From positions 617,396,001-617,460,000 of the forward strand of contig NC_067399.1 of NCBI RefSeq assembly GCF_016432865.1: a DNA stretch of 64,000 bases, written 5' to 3'. Source of the stretch: Antechinus flavipes. Lineage: Eukaryota. Numbering within the stretch: position 1 is the stretch's first letter; each line of letters begins with the position of its first letter. A model generated the notes under the pieces. It saw only the letters and a list, made by a program, of their open reading frames with translations, was not told the DNA's origin and did no database searches. The translations under genes and the position numbers were made by a program. Below are positions 14,846 to 27,491 of the stretch, in pieces.

Positions 14846-17540
14846 CCCACACACATACATACCAAAAAAAATGATGATTTTTATAGTAATCAAAGTAGCA
14901 CTTTATTCATTTGAGAATACCATATTTCATTGTTCCCTAAACATTTCTTATGTTTCTTTCATATCAGCTTAATTTCCAACATCCTGGCAATATCAAATAG
15001 CCTAGAAATTATCTAAGTCAAAAGTAGGAGACTAGCCTTTCAACTTTCTTGGCCCATATCCTTTGATTTTTCTCACCATTTTGGGAGCAGTGTTTTCTAA
15101 CCTTATTTTACAACGTTGATTTAGATATGAGAGCAACATCATCATCATTATCAACATGAATTTTATTAGTAAAAATTAATAGTTTTTGTATAAGAAATGT
15201 TATCAAAACCAGAACTTTTCCTGTGGGCTTTTTTCCTGCATTGTATATCTTATTACATTATTTTTTCTTTTTGTGTTATTAAAATTCCCATTCTCTGTCA
15301 TATTAGGAAGGGAGAATATTTCTTCCTAGAGAATTTAACCATTCCTGTTTCCATGGGGGAAAAAATCACCTATGATATAATTCCTTATTTCTAGGATTTT
15401 GACAGTCTTTCAGGAGCTTTATCATAGGAAAAAGCTTATCTTATTAACTGTGAAACATCTTCATTAATTACACAAGTCTTAGAGAAAGCTGTGAGCAAGG
15501 GCACTCTTTTACCTTTCTTGTCTGAATTCTTACCCACACATTTTCATACTATTTTATTTTATCAGTCAATTTAAATTTTAAGCAGCTTCAGAACAGCTAA
15601 TATGCAGTGGATAGTCTGTATAATTTGAAAGGGGCTTAAATGGGGAGTCAGAATTTAATTTACTCAGGTCAAAAAATTTAAGTATTCATATTTTGATTTT
15701 TCACATCACTAGGAAATAAATCTTAACATCGTTTCCTTTGATAAAGAAAAAGTGAAATGTGATCCCAACATGAGACATAGAAATGATAATTTGTAGTGTT
15801 TTGGACTTAAAACCATGTTTTTAATTTTTAAGAATTTGGAAAGTATTAATTTTTATCATTTGAAGCTCTGACTAGAAAATGTTTTCTACTTGAAGGCAGA
15901 ATCTAAAGAATATAGAAGAGCTAAGTGACTTGTTGAGTACTGGACAGAAATGTGGAACAGTGATCCAGATTTTATCACTGTTAGTTCCTGATTCTTAATC
16001 TGGATAGTGGAATTTATTTCTCAGAATCACATAAAAAGGAGATAATTTTCTGTGATTTAACTTTTTGCTGATAAATATAAAGAAGTTGGAAGCATTGAGG
16101 AAGTGTAAAACCAGTTTTCTGTATTAAATAATGCTGTCAATTCATTTAAAAAAATGAAGTCTTACACCTTGTTTTCCTTAGTTCAGTGACTAGAACAGTT
16201 CCATACTAACTCTTTGGCTATCAAGTCTGTTATAATAGCACTTTTTTTCTTGATCGAGGAGCATGAGAACTTGTCCAAGACTATTTAAAAGTTTTTACCT
16301 GATGTAAACAAAATACAAGTTCATCTTTATGAGTCAGTATGTTTTACAGACTCAAAAACTCTAGAGATAAAAAATCCAGATTCCATTTTGCTAGATTCCC
16401 AAAGTGACCTTGATTATCACAGAAATCATCCTATTACTTATCCTCATTTAACACATATATTGAAAGGCATGTCAGGAAATTTTAATCAAGAGATGAATTA
16501 ACCTGTACCTCAGAACAACTAAATGTTTGGTATGAAGACCATCTTGGATCTAGTGGTTAATATGTCGTCATGATCTTTTTTACTCCTTTTTCTTTTATTT
16601 GTTCTTTTTTGTTGTTGTTGGATACAATATTTTTTACATCTTTCAAAAATGTCTTTGCCATAAATGTTTTCTTTTATTGCACCTTGATTCTCCATTTGAG
16701 ATGAGATTTCTTACAAGTTTTCAGGCTGCTCTGAACAATCTTTATCCTTCTTCTGTAACTCTTATTAGTGACATTATTTCTCTTCTATTAAATATATATA
16801 TGTAAAAAGCATAAGAAAATACTTTGTCAAAATGATTCTCTTGCTTAAAATTTTCAGCTTTTCACTGGTGCAGGCTATAGTAATTTTAATTTTATCCTAC
16901 AAAATCTGGTAGTATTTGTATTATCCATAGGAGCTAGAATAAGCAGCATAATTTTTTTAGTTAAATAGCATACATTTGTGACTCCAATCCCAACCCATGC
17001 TAATTATTTATCAGTATATTATTGTAGGAGGAGTTGATAATAGTTCTAATTTAATAAATGCCAATTTGTACAATTATGTGTTTTTCCTTCCCTTTTTTCT
17101 GTCATTTTTGGTTTTTCAATAACTTCTTAAAGTACTTTGTCTATTAATAGATAAGTCCCAAAGTTAATAATAATTTAACTTTTCTCAGCTGCAGATGTGT
17201 TTGTGTAAGCTTTCTTACTTTTCAAAAGTTCAGGTTCTGCATTAAAAGGAGAAATATACTTTTATAAAAGAATGTCTTGATATTCTTTATGAAGTGAAAA
17301 TTCCCTGTCAGTGAATTTTCATCTTTGTTGAATAAGCAATGTAATCCATTATGCCCATTATTTATATAGATAATATATGCAAAAGTATTTTGGTGTGTTT
17401 GTTTTTTTTTTCTTTATATCTATTTGTTTTTAAGGATAAAGAGGACTGTCTATAAAGACCTGATTTTCTTTTAAAATTGTCTTTTGCCTGTGCAAAATAT
17501 CCAGGAAGAAGGAATAAGTTTATCAACCAAACATGCTTAA

Positions 17541-17684
<144 letters not shown>

Positions 17685-18421
17685 TAAGTCTTGCTATTCA
17701 TTTCTTACTTTATGTGTGGTGGTTGCACAGTTGCCAGAGAATAAAGGAAATGAATACAAAAGTTTTCCCATGGCATTCCCAGTCTCCTAGGCTGCTTTAT
17801 TTGCATATCTACATGTTTTAAACTTTTATATTTCATCCTGGATGTAAAAACAGAATGTCTCATCTTCCATGAAGGGGAGGAAAAACAGGGAAAATAATAA
17901 ATTAAACAAGGATCCTGAACAAGGGAGAACCTATCCTTATTTTTTTATTTTTTTTATTTTTTATTTTTTTGAACCTATCCTTATTAACACAAAAGGAATA
18001 TAAATATCTAAGTATAGTTAACTACTTGTCAAATTCAGATTCTTAAAAGTGGTGAAGATGTGTCCTTAAAAATCAAAATGCTTTACTAGCTTGTTAATCA
18101 TTACAACTCTTCTCTGAAGCTATGTCCCAGTTATTTCATATTTTTATGTGGAGAATACTGAGAAGTATTTACCCCAAGTCACATAACATTTGATGACCAA
18201 ATTCCCATGGACTTATTTTTTTCCCATTTTCTTAGCATCATTGTTGAAATTTTAGATATTTAATGCCATTTTACTGGAGTTAGATTTTTATGTAGTATTG
18301 ACAGAACTGCCAGCAGTATGTGTGGTGTGTGTGTGATCACTGTGATAGCATTGATAGTTAAGTCAAACACTGCGCATTTGGGTCATGGACTCACTTAAGA
18401 TATAGTGTGTCAGTTTGGGTC

Positions 18422-18423
<2 letters not shown>

Positions 18424-18463
<40 letters not shown>

Positions 18464-18476
18464 GTGTGTGTGTGTA
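18424..18476. repeat. (TG)n microsatellite
   Basis: Read directly. Confidence 0.95.
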
Positions 18477-19232
18477 TAATCTCTATTTTATTAGATGTAG
18501 TTTTGTAAAGTTATAATTTATATTTGCCCTTCTTTAGATGTTTGTTTCAATGTTAATGTTATTTGTGTTGTAATTACAAACTAAGCAGCTTTACATCTAA
18601 CATGAGAAGTAGAATCCTAGGATTTAGATCTCGAAGGGACCCACAAAAACATCCAGTCCAATGCCTTTGTTTTGCAAGCAGAGGAGCTAAGGCCCAAAGG
18701 GATTAAGTAATTTATTTGCCTGTGCTCATACATTTTCAACAGACCTGAATTGGGATTTAAACCCTGGTATTCATATTCCAAATTTAGTTCCTTTGCCATA
18801 CGTGTATTTTAAATGTTTATAATAGTAAAATTAGTTTAACTTATTATATATTAAATAATATATATTTTAGGAGATTCTAAAAATTATTTCTGAGCTGGTT
18901 CTTCCTGGTCTTGAAATGCAGAATATTACTGTCCGTGTTATCATTATCTGGTTGGAAAATTGTTTTTTGTTGTCATTGTGGCAAATAAGCAAGTGAGGCT
19001 AAAGTATTACACTGAATCATTTATGTGATTTTGTATAACACTTATTTGTTTAGAAGAATTGTTTTTGCAGTCGGCAGTAGCACCCAGTAACTGTAAGACT
19101 GCTACTAAGAGTCCTAAGATTTAAGTTAGCATAGGAAAAAGGAGTATTTGTCAGTACTGGCCATGTCCTTCCTGGCTAATAGGCAAGTTTGTGCATTTCT
19201 ATTATCAGGGTTTTGTTTTCATTTTTTTTTAA

Positions 19233-19469
<237 letters not shown>

Positions 19470-21765
19470 TAAATCACCCAGGAGGCGCCATCTACTTACT
19501 GCTATTTTTTTAAATGCTGGAGTTAATGATTTCTGGGAATTCTTGCAATGTCAACAAGTCTGCCAACAGGTCTCCTGATTTAATGGTGGTGTCAGCTTTG
19601 TACAGAATGTACTTTCCATTTTGTAATTGTGTGATTAAAATCAGAGCTTTCCAGATAGGCTGTTGCTTTATATTATGTCCATGTCTGAATATATATGTAT
19701 TAAAAAATTAAACAGTTTTTAATTCACATAGAAATAAACTAATCTGCCCCTTAAAAATTATTCCAAATCTTCCTTGTTGACATTTTCTCTAAAATGTGTG
19801 CTTTCAGTATTTTTAAAAGGAAAAATAAAGTTGGTATTATTGTGTGACAGTTTAGATAGGTTATTTAATGTTTTCTTTAACTTGACATTTTAGTAAACAT
19901 TTAATATTTTGGTACAATTTATTTTGTTCCCTATAACCATTTACCTCATTTTGCTGGTTGGTAAAAGTATAAGATGTCAGAATCTTTCACACTTTTCATT
20001 CTAACTGCAAGTATGTCACAAGTTCATTGTGGTGGATATATTCAAGAGAAGATATATTATCATCTCATCTCTGGCTTTTACCACAAGAACATTTTATCAG
20101 GTTGTGCTCAGTAGACACTGTCTTCAATAACATTAGCTGCCAAATTGATTTTTTAAAAATTCAGGAAGGTTCTTAATCCATTTACAATGTTGAAAGGATT
20201 TAGCTTGATTATGCACATTGGTCTATATCTTAGTTCTAAGATTATATTATATGTGGGACTTTTTTTATTGCTATAAAGCTTCCATACCTGTTTAAAATAT
20301 ATTACTTTTTTTTTTTTAATGTTTAGAACTTTCAGACTTCCTGCCAAAATATCCTTCTGTTTAAAAATTAAAGTGAATGTGCATATTTGTTTTCAAAGTT
20401 ACATTTAAGGTGATGTGTCACAAATGACCTTCATGCCTACAAAAATTCTACATTAAAAAATAATACAACACAAATTATATTCTATAGTTGTTTTTTTTTT
20501 AAGCGTGACATCTATTTTCAGTTCTCCTCCCTTTTAAAGCTGAGTTTGAAAGACAGGTTGGCAGTTGTCACATGTAAGAAATTCTTGAGAGGTGGACATG
20601 TAAATCTTCTCCATGCTTTTATTGTCCAAATAGTTCTTTCTCTTAACAGTATAAAGTATTTGTATGGCCTTTCATTACAAAAAAAGTTATCAATGAATCT
20701 GTTGTATTTTTTTTAATTTATATATTTTAAAATAAAACAGAAATGAGGAGAATCCTATCCTTTGATTTTTGTATATGAAGTTTGGATACAAATGAGAATG
20801 CAGTGATTATCCAGAAATATCAGTGGAATCATGGATTTAGTTTACATCTGCATAATAACCATGGACTATAAATGTAATTTTAATTATATGGTAACAAGAA
20901 TTCTTTTTGGTATTAAGACAGTCTTTGTCTTGAACAGATTCTAAGTAACAATTTGAAGTCGGTCCAGAAGTAGAGAGAGATAAGGGACACATTTTTAAAT
21001 TATAACCAAGCACTATTTATTAAATATCCATGTGTGAAAGATACATAATCATTAAGATTGTAGTATTTTGTGGAATAGGTGGAGGAAAGCTTGAAGGAGA
21101 AGTATTTTAAAGGAAAATAAATAAATAAGAAACTGATGTGATTATCATTTAAAACATTATCGAAACATCTTTATGGATATATGATATATTTACTGTGCTT
21201 TCTTATGAATTATGTTCTTAAGTGATAGATTTGCTGAAGAAAACTCAAGTATATTTTTGGCCTATTGGTTGCACTTTCATAAACTTTAATAAATCTGTGT
21301 TCTCACTGATCATAAGTATTCTTTCTACTGTTGAAAATTCTAATCTACTCATCCTATTATGATCTTGTCCATGTCTTCCAAAAAATCCCCATAGGAGATC
21401 TGTTTAACATGCTGAAATCCTCTTGTTGGTCTTTTAACATTTTGTGTTTATCTGTTAAGCATGCAGGCTTTTTCTCTTCTTCGCTTTCGTTACCCTTCTA
21501 GTCCAAGTCCTTTTCCAATCAGAGATTTCCTTATTGATATCTCTGATCTAAAATTATCATTGACAATAAGTTGTAGCCATTTGGAATCACATTCTTTAAT
21601 TAGATCAGGCAGCATCAGCAAGAGAATATTGATATTAAAAAGTTTGAAAAGTGCCATAGTTTTTTTTTTTTAATATGAAGAATTGTATTATCATAAGGAA
21701 AAGAAATGCATTTTAAAAAGTTATTTTTTTTGTACAAATGCTACAGAACTATCAGTACTAATGTA

Positions 21766-22132
21766 TTTTTTTTAATTTATTAAAGCTTTTTATTTTCAAA
21801 ACATATGCATGGGCAAAATCATGTATTCGAATTTCCCCCCCTTCTCTTCCACCCTCTCTCTTAGATGGCAGGCAATCCAATATGTGTTAAACATGGTAAA
21901 AATATATGTTAACTCCAATATATGCATATATATTTATACAATTATCTTGCTGCACAAGAAAAATCAGATTTAAAAGAAAAAAATGAGAAAGAAAATAAAA
22001 TGCAAGCAAACAAAACAAAAAGAATGAAAATGCTATGTTGTGATCTACATTCAGTTCCTATAGTCCTCTCTCTGGGTGTAGATGACTCTCTTCATCACAA
22101 GGTCATTGGAACTGGCCTGCATCATCTCATTA
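21766..22132 (-). mobile_element. 5'-truncated L1 3' end
   Basis: Marsupial L1 3' UTR-like sequence with T-rich tail on +; degenerate TSD tatca..actaat.ta at 21750 and 22133. Confidence 0.75.
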
Positions 22133-22925
22133 TATCAACACTAATTTAGCCTAAAAGATGTTAGTAAAGGGATGCTTTTATTTTGTTACTGATGAGGAAA
22201 GAAACAATGAATTTATTTATTAAATGTCAGTGGTAGGTTGACTAGGAATCTAAACCTTAGGGCCTCTTATTCTATCTACAAAAATTGCAGTCCTTCAAAA
22301 TTAAGACAAGTAAAGGAATTTTCTTTTGCTCATTGATAGTATAGCCATCCAGGAAGTTTATATGATCCACATATTCTGAATTTAAAAGATTTCATTTGAT
22401 ATTATGTAAATATAACTTTAAAGAAACAAGCTATACTCAGGTCATTTCAGAGATAGCTTTTGTTCAATTTTTTTTAAAGCACAAGAAAATTAACAATATG
22501 AATGGGAGAATTACATTTGATAGAATAGTTTGAAATCACTTTTTATGAAGTCATAATTTAATAGTAATTTTGTATATCTTTTTGCTATATTCAGTCATTC
22601 ACCTGTTCTGTTGGTTTTTTGATTTGCTGGTAAAATCTGTTAAAGGGGAATAATGTTGCTTTTTGTCAAACTAAAACTATTAAACAGTTTTTAATACTGT
22701 CATTTATCAGTTATATATTGACATCTAAAGCAATAATTTGATTGGGAAGATAAATGAATATGCCATGTAAAATCATAAACAATCTGTCCCTGTGAAGAAT
22801 GAACTAATCAAATGAAGTTTTGGGGCTTAGCATACGTTCACTAGTGATCATCCTCTTAACCTTCTGTCAGTCAGATGATGTTGAGGGAACCATCCCCTTG
22901 ATCCCTGAAGAGAATCTCCATCATT

Positions 22926-23273
22926 GGTATACTTTGAGAATCCTAGAGAATCAACTGAAAAAATACTAGAAACAATTAAAACTTTAGCAACATTGCAGGA
23001 TATAAAATAAATCCACATAAATCATCAGTATTTCTGTATGTTACCAACATAGTCCAGCAGCAAGAGATATAAAGAGAAATTCCATTTAAAAATAACTGTA
23101 GATAACATAAAATATTTGGGATTCTACCTGCCAAGACAAAGTCAGGAACTTATGTAAACACAATTATAAAACACTTTCCACACAAATAAAGTCAGATCTA
23201 AACAATTGGAACAATATTAAGTGCCCATGGGTAGATTGCGCAAATATAATAAAAATGACAATTCTACCTAAAA
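22926..23273 (+). mobile_element. Internal L1 ORF2 (RT region) fragment with 18-bp TSD and no L1 3' UTR
   Basis: Degenerate reading resembles VYLENPRESTEKILETI..FS..AGYKINPHKSSVFLY; TSD aagagaatYtccatcatt at 22908-22925 and 23274-23291. Confidence 0.85.
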
Positions 23274-24641
23274 AAGAGAATTTCCATCATTTCCCATTGT
23301 TTGTAGAGATGATGGATTTAGCTAGTTTGCAACATGGAAAGGAATAGGGTATTGAGCCAATGTATGAACACAAAAAGTTCGATACTGGCAGCTGGTTCTT
23401 CTAGGGCTTAATCCCTGATGGTCCTTCCTTGATATTTTTGTTTCTTAGGTTTTCAGAAGTATTAGTCCAAGATAACATTTATAGAATTTTTTAAAATTCT
23501 CAAATACAATCAGTTTTTAAAAATACTTTGGAATTTTGGTTTGCAGGATGACATAGTGTACACAGTGTTATTTGATTTTGGAGACTGGATTTAGCCCTGC
23601 CTCTGTGTTTTGACCGTGACTCTTGATCAGTCAGTTACCCTCCCCAAAGTCTAAGCCAGAGGTGTCCAACATGTGATCTGCAAGTTTCCTTCAACCTATC
23701 ACACCTATCACATCCAAGTGTAGTCCAAACTGGATGAAAATGAAATTGTGAAATATTTAGCAAAATTTTAAATATATATAATGAAGCATAGATAATATTA
23801 ATATGTGGTTTTGTCAGCCAGTGTGCTGCCATAGGGATACTTCTATATATTTTAGTGGTCCCTCTTTCTATTTGTGTTTGACATTCTGCTCAAAGAAATT
23901 CTGTGATTTTAAATTTCAGAAAAGATGCTAACTGGCATTGATAGAAGGAGTTGACTCACCCAGGAGTCCTGTACCAAGAAATCAAAAGGTGTTAAAACCT
24001 GAAGAAGTCAGCCTTAATCAGTATTGGTGCTAATTAACATATAGTAATTAGTATTATTTGTTAATTTAAATTCAACTATGGAAATTTTATTAGATAACAC
24101 TAACAAGGAAGTCTTTTAAATTTTGAAAATTAAAGTGGTTCTATTAATTAATGTTAATATGGGATTAATATAATTGTTACTAAAAGATTGGGGGAATGTA
24201 ATTCACTAAGCAAATTTTACAGCTCAAGATAGCTGCTGCAGAAACTTGCTCAATTGAATGAAGAGACCAAAAGTTTGGTTAAACTATGGGTTTTGGGGGC
24301 TACATTAGACATGAAATGTATTCTTCCTGTAGAGCATAATCCTGGAGCCTATAGAGTTCCATACCTTGATTTCTTTTTTCTTTTGTTTGAATATGTGGAT
24401 GCTTTATTAACAACTAATTAGACTCTAAGGAAAGGTTTGTAATAAGAGTAATCATAAACCTATACAAATATAAATTATGAATTCTTTTTAATATACAATA
24501 TATGAATACATTTCATGCATGAATACATGAATGCATATTTTTAGAGTTTTTTTCATTTGACATTGAATACTTAATATCAAATTAAGGGAACCTAAAGATA
24601 TAACAATTCAAATATATCTACATTTTTTTTAAAGAAAGAAT

Positions 24642-25030
24642 TATATGATCAGTTCCAATAGAACAGTAATGAACTGAACCAGCTACACCAGGGAAAGAAC
24701 TCTGGGATATGACTATGAACCACTACATAGAATTCCCAATCTCTCTATTTTTGCCCACCTGCATTTTTGATTTCTTTCACAGGCGAATTGTACACTATTT
24801 CAAAGTCCGACTCTTTTTGTACAGCAAAATAACTATTTGGACATGTATACATATATTGTATTTAACTTATACTTTAACATATTTAATATGTGTTGGTCAA
24901 TCTGCCATCTGGGGGAAGGGGTGGGAGGAAAGAGGGAAGAAGTTGGAACAAAAGGATTTACAACTATCAATGCTGAAAAATTACTGATGCATATATCTTG
25001 TTCATAAAAAGCTATAAAAAAAGAATTATT
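24642..25030 (+). mobile_element. 5'-truncated L1 3' end
   Basis: Shares its 3' UTR with the copy at 60462-60777; A-rich tail. Confidence 0.8.
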
Positions 25031-25611
25031 GAATTGAATTGAAAAAAAAAGAACATTGAATATTTAGTGTCAAATATAAGAAACTCTAAAATATGTAACT
25101 CAAATATATTCATATCTTTAGGCATAGGAAGATTCAGAAGGTTTATTTCTTAAGATCACAGCAATAAACACGTTTTTAATTGCATTGCTTTCATATGATA
25201 AATTTTTATCAAGGAAGTATGAATTTTCAGTGGTATGTATTGCTCACTTTTCATTGTTTTTTTTTTTTTTTTCCTGGAAAAAATAGAAAAAAAAGGAAAA
25301 AAATGAACAGAGTGTGTGTTGATTTATATTCAGTTTCAGTAGTTCTTTCTCTGGATGTGGATCTTGTTTTCTGTCCAAAGTTTATTGGAATTGCTTTGGG
25401 TCATTGAATCTCTGAGAAAAACTAAGTCTTTTATAGTTGATCATCGTATAGTCTTATTGTTACTGTGTATGATATATTCCTGGTTCTACTTGTTTCACTC
25501 AGCGTCAGTTTGTGTAAATCTTTCTAGACCTTTCTAAAATCAATTGTTCATAATCTTTTTATAGAACAATAATATTCCATAACATTTATATGCCATAACT
25601 TACTCAGCCAT

Positions 25612-25852
25612 TGTAATGTTTTCTGTTTTGGTTTTCTTGGGGTCTCTGGGAGCAGCCTTTGTTTCAGTTCAGTAATCACCACACAAGTAGCCTATCTCCT
25701 TCACTTGAGACTTGACTAGTTTTCTTAGAGGCCTACCTCTCTTCTTGATTCTGAGAGCTTAAGCTCTTGCCTGTCTTCTCTACCCTCTGAATCTCTCCTA
25801 ATGAATCCTGGCTAAGGCTCCTAGCTTATATGCTCTACATTGAGTATAAATC
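25612..25852 (-). mobile_element. Truncated 3' LTR: U5/R side retained, most of U3 lost, AATAAA segment deleted
   Basis: Aligns to the 27074 LTR up to gagtataaatca, then joins gag directly. Confidence 0.85.
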
Positions 25853-25854
25853 AA

Positions 25855-26973
25855 AAAGGTTCATTGGGACTTTGCTCTATTTTTGTGAAGGCTTCCCCTC
25901 AATCTTTTCCTGGGAGAGAACATCATGCTTTTATTGCAGCAGTAGCAATTTGCTGGTATGCTGCTGTGGAGTAATTAATCTATGCTGGATGGTCTGCATA
26001 CTGACCTTCACCTACTAGTTAGTCAAAGGTGATTTGTACATTAACTCCAGTTTGCTTATTGTGTTGGACTTGTGTATCCTGCATAATTCACTATACTCCT
26101 AAAGCCACAACAAGTTTTGTCCAGATTCTAAACACGTCCTTGCTATAGATTTCCAATCACTAGGGGCTAAGATTTCATAAGCCAAATTCTCAAGTAACAT
26201 CTTAACATAAGATGATGTAGCCCCATAAAGAGTGCAGCCATTTTTCAAATCCTTAATTTTTTCCAGATCAAAAGGAGTGTATCTTCTCCTTTGTTGACCT
26301 GAAGAGTCAAATTCTTCAGTCACAGGGTATGCTTCTATTAAATCAGATATATCCTGTCTTTCTTTTTTAGCCTTAACCAGTACCTTTTGTAATCTTGTCA
26401 TAGGCTGCTTCATAGGTGGTGCTTATTGTGTTATTGCCTCTCCCTCTCCTTCTTCTCCTTCCACCCATGAAGGATTAATTGAGGGGGGAAGGATCATGAG
26501 ATGGGGAATGCCCTAATGGCTTCTGCTGTGAAGCACCACACTCAGAATTGTATTTAACTCTTTCTTGTCTAATTCTTCATCCTTTTCACCTAGTTTGTCA
26601 ATTTCCTCCCCTTCCTGCACTTTCTTCTTTTTCCTTATTCTATAACTTATATTATTATGTAATATATATATTATATAATATGTAATAATTATATAATTAT
26701 GTGTAATAAGTTACATATGTAAAGTGTTTCTTTAGAAATTGAGTCAGGTCTGTTATCACTGTAGTATTCACATAGTTGCTCTCCTAATTTCCACTTCTCT
26801 AGATCTAATTCTTTTTCCTTAGAGAACCAAGGAGATGTGTATTGTAATGTTTCTAAAAGTTCAATGATCTGCTCCCAAATTACAATCAAACTTTGGCTTT
26901 TAATGAGTTTAACCAAACTTTTGACAAATTTTCCTTGTGGTGGAGAAATCTCCTTTCTAAACATATGTCCCAT
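25855..26973 (-). pseudogene. gag: Degenerate gag: matrix (ORF 26689-26973, MGH...SPWFSKEKELDLEKWK) and capsid (ORF 26099-26413, YPV...YTPFDL..IKDLK...YG..S.Y...L..LA...L.P.DWK..ARTCL), continuing through stops and a frameshift to AFTKIEQSPNEPF (start of the major homology region)
   Basis: Motifs characteristic of betaretroviral Gag p10 and p24; several in-frame stops. Confidence 0.88.
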
Positions 26974-27051
26974 TTTAACTGAAATACTACTTTAACCCTT
27001 TGTAAAGTTTCCTTCTTGTGCTCATTCTAATTTCACAGATGAAGGTTCTTG

Positions 27052-27070
27052 GTCCCATGTTCGGGCACTA
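27052..27070 (-). promoter_or_regulatory. Retroviral primer-binding site, tRNA-Lys3-like
   Basis: Minus strand reads TAGTGCCCGAACATGGGAC versus the canonical Lys3 PBS TGGCGCCCGAACAGGGAC; lies 3 nt from the LTR end. Confidence 0.85.
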
Positions 27071-27073
27071 AAA

Positions 27074-27491
27074 TGTAATGCTCTCTTGTTCAGTTTTCTT
27101 AGGGTTGCTCCCACAGACCTTCATTTACTATCACCACACAAGTATAGCCAGGGGTTAAAGTCCAAATCCTTTATTATCTCTTTCAAAGTCTTGTCTCTTT
27201 TCCTGGGGCCCGGTTAGCTTTCTTAGAGGCCTATCTCTTTCCTTGGTTCCAAGAGTTTGAACTCTCACCTGTCTTCTCTACCCTCTGAATCTCTCCATGA
27301 GTCCTCGCTGAGGCCCTTACCTTATATGCTTTTCACTGAGTATAAACCAATCTTTATATCATTAGGAAACCATTATTTCTTATAAGATTAAATCTATCAT
27401 ACTGAACCATGCTAAACTAGATGATTACATTGACTCCTCAATTCCACTGACTTAGCTCCTTGTTTCAGGTTCAGAATTCTGGCCCAAAACA
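27074..27491 (-). mobile_element. 5' LTR (418 bp) with TATA-like CATATAAG (27321-27328) and AATAAA (27170-27175) on the minus strand
   Basis: tgtaatg...ggcccaaaaca termini; homologous to 25612-25852 and 63010-63517; adjacent to the PBS. Confidence 0.88.

Larger units (their letters stand above)
25612..27491 (-). mobile_element. Internally deleted betaretrovirus-like (class II) endogenous provirus: 5' LTR, PBS, gag MA and CA remnants, truncated 3' LTR
   Basis: TG...CA termini; perfect 6-bp TSD AGCCAT at 25606-25611 and 27492-27497; removing it restores the host L1 sequence ttactcagccattcccc; Lys-type PBS; Gag-like peptides. Confidence 0.92.
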
